This document shows positions 17,976 to 26,375 of a stretch of 32,000 nucleotides of DNA, piece after piece. The notes beneath the pieces were generated by a model. That model was given only the letters and a program-made list of their open reading frames with translations, ran no database searches and was not told the DNA's origin. Source of the DNA: Bdellovibrionales bacterium (GTDB taxonomy: Bacteria > Bdellovibrionota > Bdellovibrionia > Bdellovibrionales > UBA1609); the NCBI GenBank assembly GCA_963692945.1, contig OY843585.1:1-32000 (forward strand). The letters run 5' to 3'. A program made the position numbers and the translations under genes. Numbering within the stretch: the stretch's first letter is position 1; each line of letters opens with the position of its first letter.

Positions 17976-18349
17976 GCCCAAACCTCAACTTCTACAAGAA
18001 CAGATTTTGGTAAGGCCGATACCTCTACACAAGATCGTGCTGGTTTATGGTTAGAAAAATAAGTTTTATAAACTTTATTAAATGGTTCAAAATTTTTTAA
18101 GTCTGTCAGAAATACAAGAGATTTAACTACATGTTTTAAGGTCATTCCTTCTGAAGATAACACCGATTTAATATTGTCTAGAACTTGTTGGGTTTGAACA
18201 GAAACATCTTCTCCTACCACTTGTGCTGTCTCTGGATGAAGAGGTATTTGTCCAGAACAAACAAGCCAAGGTCCGATGCGAATCGCTTGCGAGTAAGGGC
18301 CAATAGGAATGGGAGCCTTTGAAGTACAAACTGATTTTAAAAATGTCAT
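17963..18349 (-). CDS. ridA: RidA/YjgF/L-PSP family reactive-intermediate deaminase
   Basis: APIPIGPYSQAIRIG at the N-terminus and SCVEVSALPKSVLVEVEVWA at the C-terminus. Length 128 aa. The start overlaps the upstream stop as ATGA. Confidence 0.9.
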   Translation of the reverse strand: MTFLKSVCTSKAPIPIGPYSQAIRIGPWLVCSGQIPLHPETAQVVGEDVSVQTQQVLDNIKSVLSSEGMTLKHVVKSLVFLTDLKNFEPFNKVYKTYFSNHKPARSCVEVSALPKSVLVEVEVWAYRD

Positions 18350-19527
18350 TTTACGTTTTTCTCACGAAAAATATTAAAATTTAATGGACGATAGTAAACG
18401 GTGTATTGATTATCTTGGACGATCGGTGATTTTTTATAATTGTAATATTTAAAGTCTTCACCAATATGAATAGACATTGTTTCAGCATTATAATACCAAC
18501 CCTCATGTGTATCATTTGGTATCTCATAATCATTGTATAGAACTCTTATTGTATCCACTAAAGGAACTTCTTCAATTAAAATCACCGGAACATAAAAAGA
18601 ACGTTCTATATCCTTTGATATAACAGTTAGTTTTTTTCCCCAACTCTCTTTATCACAAACAGAAAAAGCATGACCACTAGTCTGCTTAATAAAGTTATGA
18701 GCATGAGCTGGAAATGGAACAATCGCATGAATATTCTCCGAACAGTTATCTACATGATTCTTTGTTCTTTCTAGAGGTAAGACTCCATAAGCTTTGATTT
18801 GATCATCTCCTTTATGTTTAATAATTTCATTGAATTTACCTAATCCAACCCTCTCCCCTTCTTTAGTAATAGATACATTTGAAGAACCCTCAGAAAGTGA
18901 ATAATGAGCTTCAGTCATCTCTCCTAAAGCATCAGATACAAAAATGATAACTAGAAAATTTTTTTCACTAAAAAAATCTCTGGCAATATCTTTATCATTT
19001 TGTTTCATTAAAAAATCTAAAGCAGAGAAGTACCATTCGTATCCTGCATCATTATAACCGCTTACGCTATCTACACTCTTAGATAAAAGACAAGATATAC
19101 TTTCAAAGTTTACATCATTAGAATCTTGAGTTTTATATTTAAAGTAGTTTCCTACAGTCGTTTTATGAACAAATTTCTTAAAATCCTTGCAACTTTCTAA
19201 TAATTCATCAGTCGCTATGAAAAGAGGATGTCCATAAGAGGTGTTAAATGTCTTATAAGGAGACATTGTAGTTATAGCAAAATTATAATTGTAATAAGAA
19301 TGTTCTTTCATAATTGGAAGAAAGTACTGAAAATTCTTCACTATTGTTTTACGAAAATCACCTGTACTACCAGAAGTATCTAATACAAATAAAAAACTTA
19401 TATCTGAAAATCCAGCAACAGATGTAGAAATAATTTTTTTTAAAGGTTTCGCAATAGAGATGAGCTTAGGAGATGGCCCACAACCCACTAAAAACAATAC
19501 GAAAACTATACTAATAATTCTTTTCAT
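18346..19527 (-). CDS. von Willebrand factor A (vWA) domain lipoprotein; candidate CglB-like adhesin
   Basis: Canonical lipobox FLVGC/GPS. MIDAS motif FLFVLDTSGSTGDF (D.SGS), with a later beta-strand plus Asp at LVIIFVSDALGE. AAGGA lies 7 nt upstream of the ATG. Confidence 0.8.
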   Translation of the reverse strand: MKRIISIVFVLFLVGCGPSPKLISIAKPLKKIISTSVAGFSDISFLFVLDTSGSTGDFRKTIVKNFQYFLPIMKEHSYYNYNFAITTMSPYKTFNTSYGHPLFIATDELLESCKDFKKFVHKTTVGNYFKYKTQDSNDVNFESISCLLSKSVDSVSGYNDAGYEWYFSALDFLMKQNDKDIARDFFSEKNFLVIIFVSDALGEMTEAHYSLSEGSSNVSITKEGERVGLGKFNEIIKHKGDDQIKAYGVLPLERTKNHVDNCSENIHAIVPFPAHAHNFIKQTSGHAFSVCDKESWGKKLTVISKDIERSFYVPVILIEEVPLVDTIRVLYNDYEIPNDTHEGWYYNAETMSIHIGEDFKYYNYKKSPIVQDNQYTVYYRPLNFNIFREKNVK

Positions 19528-19545
19528 TTTTCATCCTTTTAAACA

Positions 19546-21090
19546 TCATAAAGTATAAGATTTTTTGGGACAAGCTTTTGAAAAAGAAGTCTGATAATCA
19601 CCAATTTCATCGCCCCAGATTTCTCTCGCATCAAAAGGAAAAGTAACCTCGTAACCAACCCCTTCTTTCAAATTAGAAATAACAGATTTCCAATTTGACG
19701 TAGGGAAAAGATTTTTTCGATTCCTATGATAACCATGAATGCGATAAAGAGCTTCCATTTCAATAAAATACATCTGACTTAAAGTTTCAGCAATTTGAGA
19801 AACTTCTTTTTGAAAAAATACTGAAATTTTTCTATCAATTTGCTTATCCAAATTTTTTACAAAATCATTGTATTGCTTTTCTAGAGGCTTGAATCCTTCC
19901 ACAGAAGACATCTCATTATTTGTAAATTTTTTTAGTAAAATGAGATTTTTTATGGAACGATTACTTTTTAACAAACTAGATAAATGTTTAAAAGACAATA
20001 ATTTATTATCTATAGAGTAAGACGCTAAAAGATCTGTTTTAACATCTTCAAAAAAATTCTTTTTTAGTGAATTTTTTAGATAACTCTGTCTTTTAGAAAA
20101 ATGCTCTTTAAAATAAGATAAAGAAGAATTGAGATTAGGGTAATCACAATTTTTTAATTGAGAAAGAGAAAGAATAAGAAACATACTTGGTGTCAACACA
20201 TCTTGCAAAGGAGGATAAGTAAAAGAAGAAACAGAGGAAAAAGACTGAGCATAATCACCTTTATTATAGTGAATCCAAGATTTTTCTTCCTGAGCTAATA
20301 ACCATTTAAAAGATAACTTTTTCACCTTATTGTAATAATAAACAGCAGACTCATACTCGCCTATCTCATTAAGTAATCTAGCAATAGTTAAATAAATTGT
20401 ATTTTTATGATTTAAATCTTCCGTTTGTTTAAGTAACCAAGCTAAAATCTTAGTGGCAGAATTCATATCGTTTTTTTTAATCAAATGACGAACTAGAGAC
20501 CATTCCAAATAATAATCATTATTTTTATCATGAACTGGAAGTTTTAAAAAATATTCTATCTGTTTTCTATCTTTAACAAGAGAGAACTCTTTTTTAGATC
20601 CTACTTTCAAAGCAATATCTTCATTAAAAAAATCAGTCCAATCTTTTGACCAAGTCCCTATAAAATAATTCCAAACATCTTGGTTAGAATTAAAATTTGT
20701 CCTCCATAAATTATAAATAATGGGATTAACTTTTTTAGGCTCTACTTCATTAAGGAGGTGATTTAAACCCAAAACTTGAAATCCATTTTTAAACATTAAA
20801 AAAGCATAGAGAGCCTTACCTGTAGAGGTTTTTGCAAAAGAAGTTTTTTGAAAAGAAGACGACCACAATTTTAAAGACTGACTATAATCTTTTTTTTCAA
20901 GAGCAATGTATAAGTTTTTATAGTTTTTTTCTAAATAGGACGGTAATAAAGAAACTACATCTTTTTGTAGATGCTTATCTAAAGTGAATTCAGAATCTTT
21001 AGTTTCCTTTTTTAATATATCCAATACACTTGCTTGTGCTTCACCCATAAAAAAGTTAGAAAATAAAAGAGAAATACAAAAAAGAATCAA
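19546..21090 (-). CDS. Secreted TPR-like repeat protein (GltC/GltE-like by context)
   Basis: TTG start overlapping the upstream TGA as TTGA, with AGGAG 7 nt upstream. Signal peptide MILFCISLLFSNFFMGEAQA/SV. TPR-like helices include IARLLNEIGEYESAVYYYNKVKKL and WIHYNKGDYAQSF. Confidence 0.75.
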   Translation of the reverse strand: MILFCISLLFSNFFMGEAQASVLDILKKETKDSEFTLDKHLQKDVVSLLPSYLEKNYKNLYIALEKKDYSQSLKLWSSSFQKTSFAKTSTGKALYAFLMFKNGFQVLGLNHLLNEVEPKKVNPIIYNLWRTNFNSNQDVWNYFIGTWSKDWTDFFNEDIALKVGSKKEFSLVKDRKQIEYFLKLPVHDKNNDYYLEWSLVRHLIKKNDMNSATKILAWLLKQTEDLNHKNTIYLTIARLLNEIGEYESAVYYYNKVKKLSFKWLLAQEEKSWIHYNKGDYAQSFSSVSSFTYPPLQDVLTPSMFLILSLSQLKNCDYPNLNSSLSYFKEHFSKRQSYLKNSLKKNFFEDVKTDLLASYSIDNKLLSFKHLSSLLKSNRSIKNLILLKKFTNNEMSSVEGFKPLEKQYNDFVKNLDKQIDRKISVFFQKEVSQIAETLSQMYFIEMEALYRIHGYHRNRKNLFPTSNWKSVISNLKEGVGYEVTFPFDAREIWGDEIGDYQTSFSKACPKKSYTL

Positions 21091-21863
21091 AATAAAACTC
21101 CTATTGAGACGTGACCTTTAGATAAGTAATTATTTATAACATCAAGTTTTTTGCCTACCTCATACGAATAATAAGAACCAGATAATCCTATTCTAGCACT
21201 CACTCGTTGACTCAACCAAAAAACCAAACCTCCTCCAACAGAAGCTGTCGGAATATTTTTTTCATCCAATCTAAGTAACTTTAAAACACCACCAGAAAAA
21301 AACAAATAAACATCAAAGTGTATGATTTTATTTAATACCGCTATTTTCCCATAAAAAGGAGACCAATCAAAACCTAAAGAATACTCTTGTTGTTGAGCAT
21401 ACTCTAACTCTAAAGGGTTTTGACCATAATTCAAAGTATCCTCTCCTTCTTTATTGATCTTGTTCAAAAAATAAGAGTATTTTAAATGGACACTCCAATA
21501 ATTACTTAAATAAAACCTATAAGTTACATCTAAAGAAGCCGTGTTCAAATAAGTAACACCTTTCATTACAGGGGAACCAACTAAGCTCAACTCAGATAAA
21601 AACCTCTTAGGTAATAACCGTTTTTGAACAACATTTAAACTAGACCTATACTCAAATTGAGAACTCATAATTTGTAAAGATTCAGAATTTTCTCCTAAAG
21701 ATTTAAATTCCTTTTCTTCTTTACTTTTTTGTTTTGTATAGTCTTGCTTTTTACTAAAACCATGAAAAGAAGTGAGGATGATTCCAAAAACAATACATTG
21801 TTTTAAAATAAAAAGTAAAAATATTTTTTGCTTTAATTTTATCATAACAAATACCCTTCTCAT
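21087..21863 (-). CDS. Small outer-membrane beta-barrel protein, GltA/GltB-like (myxobacterial-type OMP barrel)
   Basis: It has a signal peptide. VVQKRLLPKRFLSELSL...WSPFYGKIAVLNKIIHFDVYLFFSGG fits the ..PiYGK......hFD.Y..G.G pattern I recall for the OMP_myx_plus-type barrels. The C-terminus is HVSIGVLF. The start could instead be the ATG at 21845. Confidence 0.72.
   Translation of the reverse strand: MRRVFVMIKLKQKIFLLFILKQCIVFGIILTSFHGFSKKQDYTKQKSKEEKEFKSLGENSESLQIMSSQFEYRSSLNVVQKRLLPKRFLSELSLVGSPVMKGVTYLNTASLDVTYRFYLSNYWSVHLKYSYFLNKINKEGEDTLNYGQNPLELEYAQQQEYSLGFDWSPFYGKIAVLNKIIHFDVYLFFSGGVLKLLRLDEKNIPTASVGGGLVFWLSQRVSARIGLSGSYYSYEVGKKLDVINNYLSKGHVSIGVLF
21098..21102 (-). promoter_or_regulatory. 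Shine-Dalgarno site AGGAG supporting the TTG start at 21090
   Basis: The plus strand reads ctcct. A 7-nt spacer separates it from the TTG. Confidence 0.5.
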
Positions 21864-21871
21864 TTCCTCAT

Positions 21872-24800
21872 TTAGTGTAGTATAGCACCTGGCCGTGTTT
21901 TTCTAAAAGAATCTATATCCGATACATCCATTTCATCTGTAGTATGTATAAAAAAGACATCCTCTCTATTCGTTCTTAATGTAGAAACAATCACTCCATG
22001 TTCCTCTTTTTTAAATTCACATTTTTTAGAAATAGTACCATTTTCTCCATCCAATTGCGTAAAATTTATTTTCTCTTCACAATCACAAGGCCGCTTTACT
22101 CCATTAGAATCTGTACAAGTCAGATCAATAATGAAAGAATTTTTTTGGTTAAGATCCTCTATCTCTTCCGGAGGATTCTCATAATTATAAAACACTGTGC
22201 ATATTTTAACTTCTGATGATGCAGAATTCAAACAGTTCATAGATGGGGTTAAATTTAAAAAGAAATGACGACCACCTAAAGATATATCATATTTGCTTTC
22301 CATTTCCTTATACTGTATTTCTTGCGTTTTTTTATCTTTAAAAATTAAATAGTCTACCATAGAAAATGCACTGGTTTTTCTAAAAAGGTCATTCCTAACA
22401 TGAACCCTATTTTTATCAAATCCATATTTATAAAAAACATAGACAGGTTTACTAGTTTCAGAATTGAAACCCATTTTTACATTAAAAGTACACTCTTTTT
22501 CTAAGACCACTTTTTCAATAACACTCTTTGTTTCAAGTTCATGAACTGGCTCACAAGGACAGGATATTGATTCAAAAATATCTCCATAAACTTCTTCATT
22601 AGAAATATTTGTTTTTATACAATTAAAACCATTAGAACGGGTAATACTATAAGGTTCTAATTCAATATCAATAATATCCTTAAATTGTGTTATCTCTGTT
22701 TTTTCCGTGATATGAGTTAAATCTCTCTCTAATGGAAGCATTGAAAACAACCTAAAAGCATTGGTAGGGAATACATATTTGATTTTTACATTGTGTGATA
22801 AGTTAAAAAGGGTTTTATTAACTTTTTTTAGAGATTGATTACCTACCTCTTGCGTAGTATCTGCTGAAGCTGGTTCTACCCCTTGTGGTGTAGCTGGAGC
22901 TGGTTCTACCCCTTGTGGTGTAGCTGGAGCTGGTTCTACCCCTTGTGGTGTAGCTGAAGCTGGTTCTACCCCTTGTGGTGTAGCTGGAGCTGGTTCTACC
23001 CCTTGTGGTGTAGCTGGAGCTGGTTCTACCCCTTGTGGAATTAAACCCACCAAATGCCAAAATAAACCTACCTCTTGCGTAGTATCTGCTGAAGCTGGTT
23101 CTACCCCTTGTGGTGTAGCTGAAGCTGGTTCTACCTCTTGTGGTGTAGCTGAAGCGAGTTCAATAACTTCTATTTCCTGAGTGATTTCCATATCTTTTGA
23201 ATCTTTTTTGGACTGATTTTTGAAAAAAGATTGTATTCTAGGGAATGCATGAAGAACAAAAGGAATCTCTCTACCATTTTGAATACGCCCCTCTAATATC
23301 GTTGGTTCAAAAGAAACTAGCAGAGAATAAAAATTATTAAAAATACCATCCGTAATACCTTTCCGTAAATAGGTTTCATTATTTTTTACACCTAAAAATT
23401 TCTCATTTTTTACTTCATATTTAAAATTCCAAATGAAATCGTTATCATATGTTCTGCTAACCAAATCAAGGGATATAGGTGGAAACACATCTCCTCTTTG
23501 TGATGACAGTAAAGAAGATCCTTTCCGCGTTTGATTTACATCTCTCACATGAATCTCAAATGTATCACTAGAAATAAGATCCGAACTAAAAAAAATGAGA
23601 TGAATACCTGTATCAAGAGATTGAGGAGAAACACCTGAAACTAATGATTTTAAATATTTTGGCATTAAACGAAATTTCTTTTTCAACTGACTGTTTTCTA
23701 TAGGATATAAAACTGTATCATCTCCATTTGGTGCATAATACAAATCATACTCTTTCTCTCTAATGAAAACATCCCCATAAAGAACCTGAACATAACAATT
23801 ATCTCCCTCATCAAACTTATTTCTACTAAAATCACCATCCCAACAACGACCCTCTCTTCCATTGAAACCTATGTTTTTATATATAGATGTTGTTTTTCTA
23901 TCAAAAATAATCTTTTGCATGTCACCAGTAGCATGTTTATAAATAAGCTCATCTGGAAATTCATAATAAGTTTCATAAATGTCTGTATCTATACTTATAT
24001 CTTTATCCCCCATACCCTCTAATTCAACATAACAAATCGTCTTTCCATTTTCTGTTTCAATGAAACTATTAGAAGGACAATCTTTTTCTTCTTTTTTCTC
24101 ATAAATAGGTTTTTGTAGACGAAGATAAATAGATCTTTCAATTGGTTTGAAATCACTTTTTTGTTTGTATATAAGTTTTGAATCATATACGAATTTTTTC
24201 TTAAATTCGTCAATATTTTTTATAGGAGGACCAAATTTATAAACACCATCTTCAGCATCCGAAAAATAGTCATAAATTTCTCTATTTAATTTTAAATTGA
24301 TTTTTCCATCTTTAGGGATTTCATAAAAATTTCCATCCTCCATTTTTTCATAATCAAGAGTATTATATGTATATTTGACAATTTCAGGAATCTCATAAAC
24401 TTTTTCAACTTCTAAAAATAATTTTTTAGAAATAACAAAAGCAGGTTTTTTTAGATTGCTAAGATCTCTTAATTCAATAAAAAAAGGTATCTTTATTTTC
24501 CGAGTCTCTTGATATCCTACAAAAAATCTATCCGGCTTCCAAGTTATTACAAGTTCTCTTCTATCCTTATAGTAAACCCATTTAAAATCTTTATATAATT
24601 TGACTGTTCTCTCCGAAAATTTGACATCTATATCAAATGGAAAATCTTTATACAATGGTTTGATTTTAATAACATGTCCTGAAGTCTCTCCTTCTCTAAA
24701 TGGCAAAGTCAAATCTACCTTATTCTTAAAAGTCACCCCTACTGAATTAGAAGATAAAAAATTATCTTTAAAAACATTTTGATTATGAGGACCTGTATTA

Positions 24801-24910
24801 TAAATACCCTTTCTCATATTTTCTGAAATACCTTTTAAAGGGTCTTGACTGCAAGATATAAATACAAAGAAAATAAAAACTAAAAATACTTGTTTTGATA
24901 AATTGAACAC
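21872..24910 (-). CDS. Large Cys-rich lipoprotein with a central Pro-rich decapeptide repeat; no family recognised
   Basis: GTG start with AAGGAGG 6 nt upstream. Lipobox-like VFISC/SQD. There are 14 further Cys residues in pairs or clusters (ISCPCEP, RPCDCEE). The central array reads ATPQGVEPAP/S. Confidence 0.85.
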   Translation of the reverse strand: MFNLSKQVFLVFIFFVFISCSQDPLKGISENMRKGIYNTGPHNQNVFKDNFLSSNSVGVTFKNKVDLTLPFREGETSGHVIKIKPLYKDFPFDIDVKFSERTVKLYKDFKWVYYKDRRELVITWKPDRFFVGYQETRKIKIPFFIELRDLSNLKKPAFVISKKLFLEVEKVYEIPEIVKYTYNTLDYEKMEDGNFYEIPKDGKINLKLNREIYDYFSDAEDGVYKFGPPIKNIDEFKKKFVYDSKLIYKQKSDFKPIERSIYLRLQKPIYEKKEEKDCPSNSFIETENGKTICYVELEGMGDKDISIDTDIYETYYEFPDELIYKHATGDMQKIIFDRKTTSIYKNIGFNGREGRCWDGDFSRNKFDEGDNCYVQVLYGDVFIREKEYDLYYAPNGDDTVLYPIENSQLKKKFRLMPKYLKSLVSGVSPQSLDTGIHLIFFSSDLISSDTFEIHVRDVNQTRKGSSLLSSQRGDVFPPISLDLVSRTYDNDFIWNFKYEVKNEKFLGVKNNETYLRKGITDGIFNNFYSLLVSFEPTILEGRIQNGREIPFVLHAFPRIQSFFKNQSKKDSKDMEITQEIEVIELASATPQEVEPASATPQGVEPASADTTQEVGLFWHLVGLIPQGVEPAPATPQGVEPAPATPQGVEPASATPQGVEPAPATPQGVEPAPATPQGVEPASADTTQEVGNQSLKKVNKTLFNLSHNVKIKYVFPTNAFRLFSMLPLERDLTHITEKTEITQFKDIIDIELEPYSITRSNGFNCIKTNISNEEVYGDIFESISCPCEPVHELETKSVIEKVVLEKECTFNVKMGFNSETSKPVYVFYKYGFDKNRVHVRNDLFRKTSAFSMVDYLIFKDKKTQEIQYKEMESKYDISLGGRHFFLNLTPSMNCLNSASSEVKICTVFYNYENPPEEIEDLNQKNSFIIDLTCTDSNGVKRPCDCEEKINFTQLDGENGTISKKCEFKKEEHGVIVSTLRTNREDVFFIHTTDEMDVSDIDSFRKTRPGAILH
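22841..23155 (-). repeat. Near-perfect 30-nt in-frame tandem repeat in two blocks, with a duplicated 56-nt flank
   Basis: Block 1 has 30-nt units starting at 22869, 22899, 22929, 22959 and 22989, plus a partial unit at 23019-23038. They are identical except for one G/A (Pro/Ser) position. Block 2 has units at 23094 and 23124. The segment 22841-22896 is identical to 23066-23121 apart from that G/A site. The blocks are separated by a unique 27 nt (23039-23065) encoding LFWHLVGLI. Confidence 0.95.
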
Positions 24911-24916
24911 CTTTTT

Positions 24917-24923
24917 CCTCCTT
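24917..24923 (-). promoter_or_regulatory. Shine-Dalgarno site AAGGAGG supporting the GTG start at 24910
   Basis: The plus strand reads cctcctt. A 6-nt spacer separates it from the GTG. It overlaps the stop codon of the upstream gene. Confidence 0.6.
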
Positions 24924-26106
24924 ATGCTCCTAAAGATTTCAAATCAAAAGGAAAAACAACTTTAATAAGCCCCTCTTGATTAAGATTAATGTTAAACTTA
25001 ATTTTATTTATTATACTTAAAATACAATCTGATATTTTTTGAGATCTTATTTTTGAAGTTTTATGAACTTTAGAAGATACAACTCTTCCTCGTTTATTTA
25101 TTAAAAATTGAGATACAAAGATACCATCTAAATTAGAATCAAATTTTAAAGCTTGATCATAACAAGAATGAATTTCCCCACTTTTTTGCAAAATTTGACG
25201 CTCTATCAAACTAAAATCAAAACCTCCACCTTGAAGACTCATAGATGTTGTTTCTGAAAGGTCTTCCGTTCCACCAGAACCTACCAATGTCAACTTACCA
25301 TAACCAGCCTTACCACCTCCAGGAGTATTGCCTTTAGTGCCATAACCTCCACCACCTTTAATATTACCACCAGAACCTAAAGCCGCTGTAATCATTCCCT
25401 TGCTATAAATAGAAGATTGCACTCCGCCACTTCCACTGTTTGCAGACAATGCCCTTAAACCAGGTCCATCAGAAGTAACAGAAGCTCCTAAATTTAATCC
25501 ACCTTGTTGGTTTGATTTATCTTTAGATAAACTTCCTAAAGCTGCTAAAGCACCCATTCGTTTCAAAGATTTTTTAACCTTTTTCTTCTTCACTTTAATC
25601 TTACTATCACGAATAGAACTACTATTACTAGCAATAACTACTTTCTCTGGAGTAATAATAGCTGGAGGTTTAACAATTTTCACAACATGTTGCTCTATTT
25701 TTTGTTCACTTTGTTTCGGACTAACATTTTTATAAACCCATACAAGACCTGTAGTAAAAACCAAACAGAACCCACAAACAGAACCAATAGATAACAAAAA
25801 ATCTTTTTGATCTTTCACAGATAGAGCTGGAGATAAAGGGACATTGACCACCTCGTCAACCAACTCTAAGTAATAATCTGAAAAAATAGGTGCTTTATTT
25901 TGCTCTAAACTTTTAACTGTGAATTCCTGTAAAACTTTAACCTTCTTTTTCTCTTGTTCAGAAGAAGGAACATCAGATGCAAAATCTAACCTCCCTGTAT
26001 TTTTTTTATAAAGAAGATAAAATTTATTTGTAGAGCAATGAAAAACTCTTATCACTTCATTATTTTTATTCTTTAAAACTAAATTCTTCATTACAAGCTT
26101 TCCCAT
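24922..26106 (-). CDS. Bitopic TonB-like protein with an AgmX(GltG)/PglI-type C-terminal domain and a Gly-rich linker
   Basis: A cytoplasmic N-domain is followed by one TM segment (LLSIGSVCGFCLVFTTGLVWVY), a Lys-rich patch and a Gly-rich stretch (GGNIKGGGGYGTKGNTPGGGKAGYG). The C-terminus reads IHSCYDQALKFDSNLDGIFVSQFLINKRGRVV...ISDCILSIINKIKF...LIKVVFPFDL. An alternative start is the ATG at 26091, which forms a TAATG junction with the upstream stop. Confidence 0.75.
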   Translation of the reverse strand: MGKLVMKNLVLKNKNNEVIRVFHCSTNKFYLLYKKNTGRLDFASDVPSSEQEKKKVKVLQEFTVKSLEQNKAPIFSDYYLELVDEVVNVPLSPALSVKDQKDFLLSIGSVCGFCLVFTTGLVWVYKNVSPKQSEQKIEQHVVKIVKPPAIITPEKVVIASNSSSIRDSKIKVKKKKVKKSLKRMGALAALGSLSKDKSNQQGGLNLGASVTSDGPGLRALSANSGSGGVQSSIYSKGMITAALGSGGNIKGGGGYGTKGNTPGGGKAGYGKLTLVGSGGTEDLSETTSMSLQGGGFDFSLIERQILQKSGEIHSCYDQALKFDSNLDGIFVSQFLINKRGRVVSSKVHKTSKIRSQKISDCILSIINKIKFNINLNQEGLIKVVFPFDLKSLGA

Positions 26107-26375
26107 TCAAAAATTCTATCTCTTACACTATGCTTTATAGAAAAAACTTCACTTTCAACTATACTTTCACCTTCTATTTTTAAATCCTTTGATTCTTCTG
26201 AGAAACGTTTTTTACCTTGAATCAAAAGAGGACGAAAAGAATAAGATGTTTTTGAAATTGAGGATTTAACTGACTGTTTTGAGCTTACAACATCCCCCTC
26301 TTTTTTTGCAAAAACAAAATGAGGAAGAAATAAAAAATAAACAAGATATAAAAGAAATAATTTTTTTGCACTCAT
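26091..26375 (-). CDS. Small secreted protein, unknown function (positional analogue of GltF at best)
   Basis: Signal peptide MSAKKLFLLYLVYFLFLPHFVFA/KK. Length 94 aa. The start is coupled to the upstream stop as TAATG (26373-26377). No motif recognised. Confidence 0.5.
   Translation of the reverse strand: MSAKKLFLLYLVYFLFLPHFVFAKKEGDVVSSKQSVKSSISKTSYSFRPLLIQGKKRFSEESKDLKIEGESIVESEVFSIKHSVRDRIFEWESL

Noticed and set aside
22839-23060. 73-aa ORF (RGRTSSSYTT repeats) in another minus-strand frame of the repeat region
   Set aside because: It is an alternative-frame shadow of the 30-nt repeat inside the 1012-aa lipoprotein gene. It is open only because the repeat unit lacks stops in that frame. 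It has no RBS and lies wholly inside a much better-supported CDS.
22841-23155. Possible CRISPR array, given the regular 30-nt direct repeats
   Set aside because: The units are directly abutting with no spacers. They are in frame within a long CDS and encode a sensible Pro-rich decapeptide. No cas genes are present in the window.
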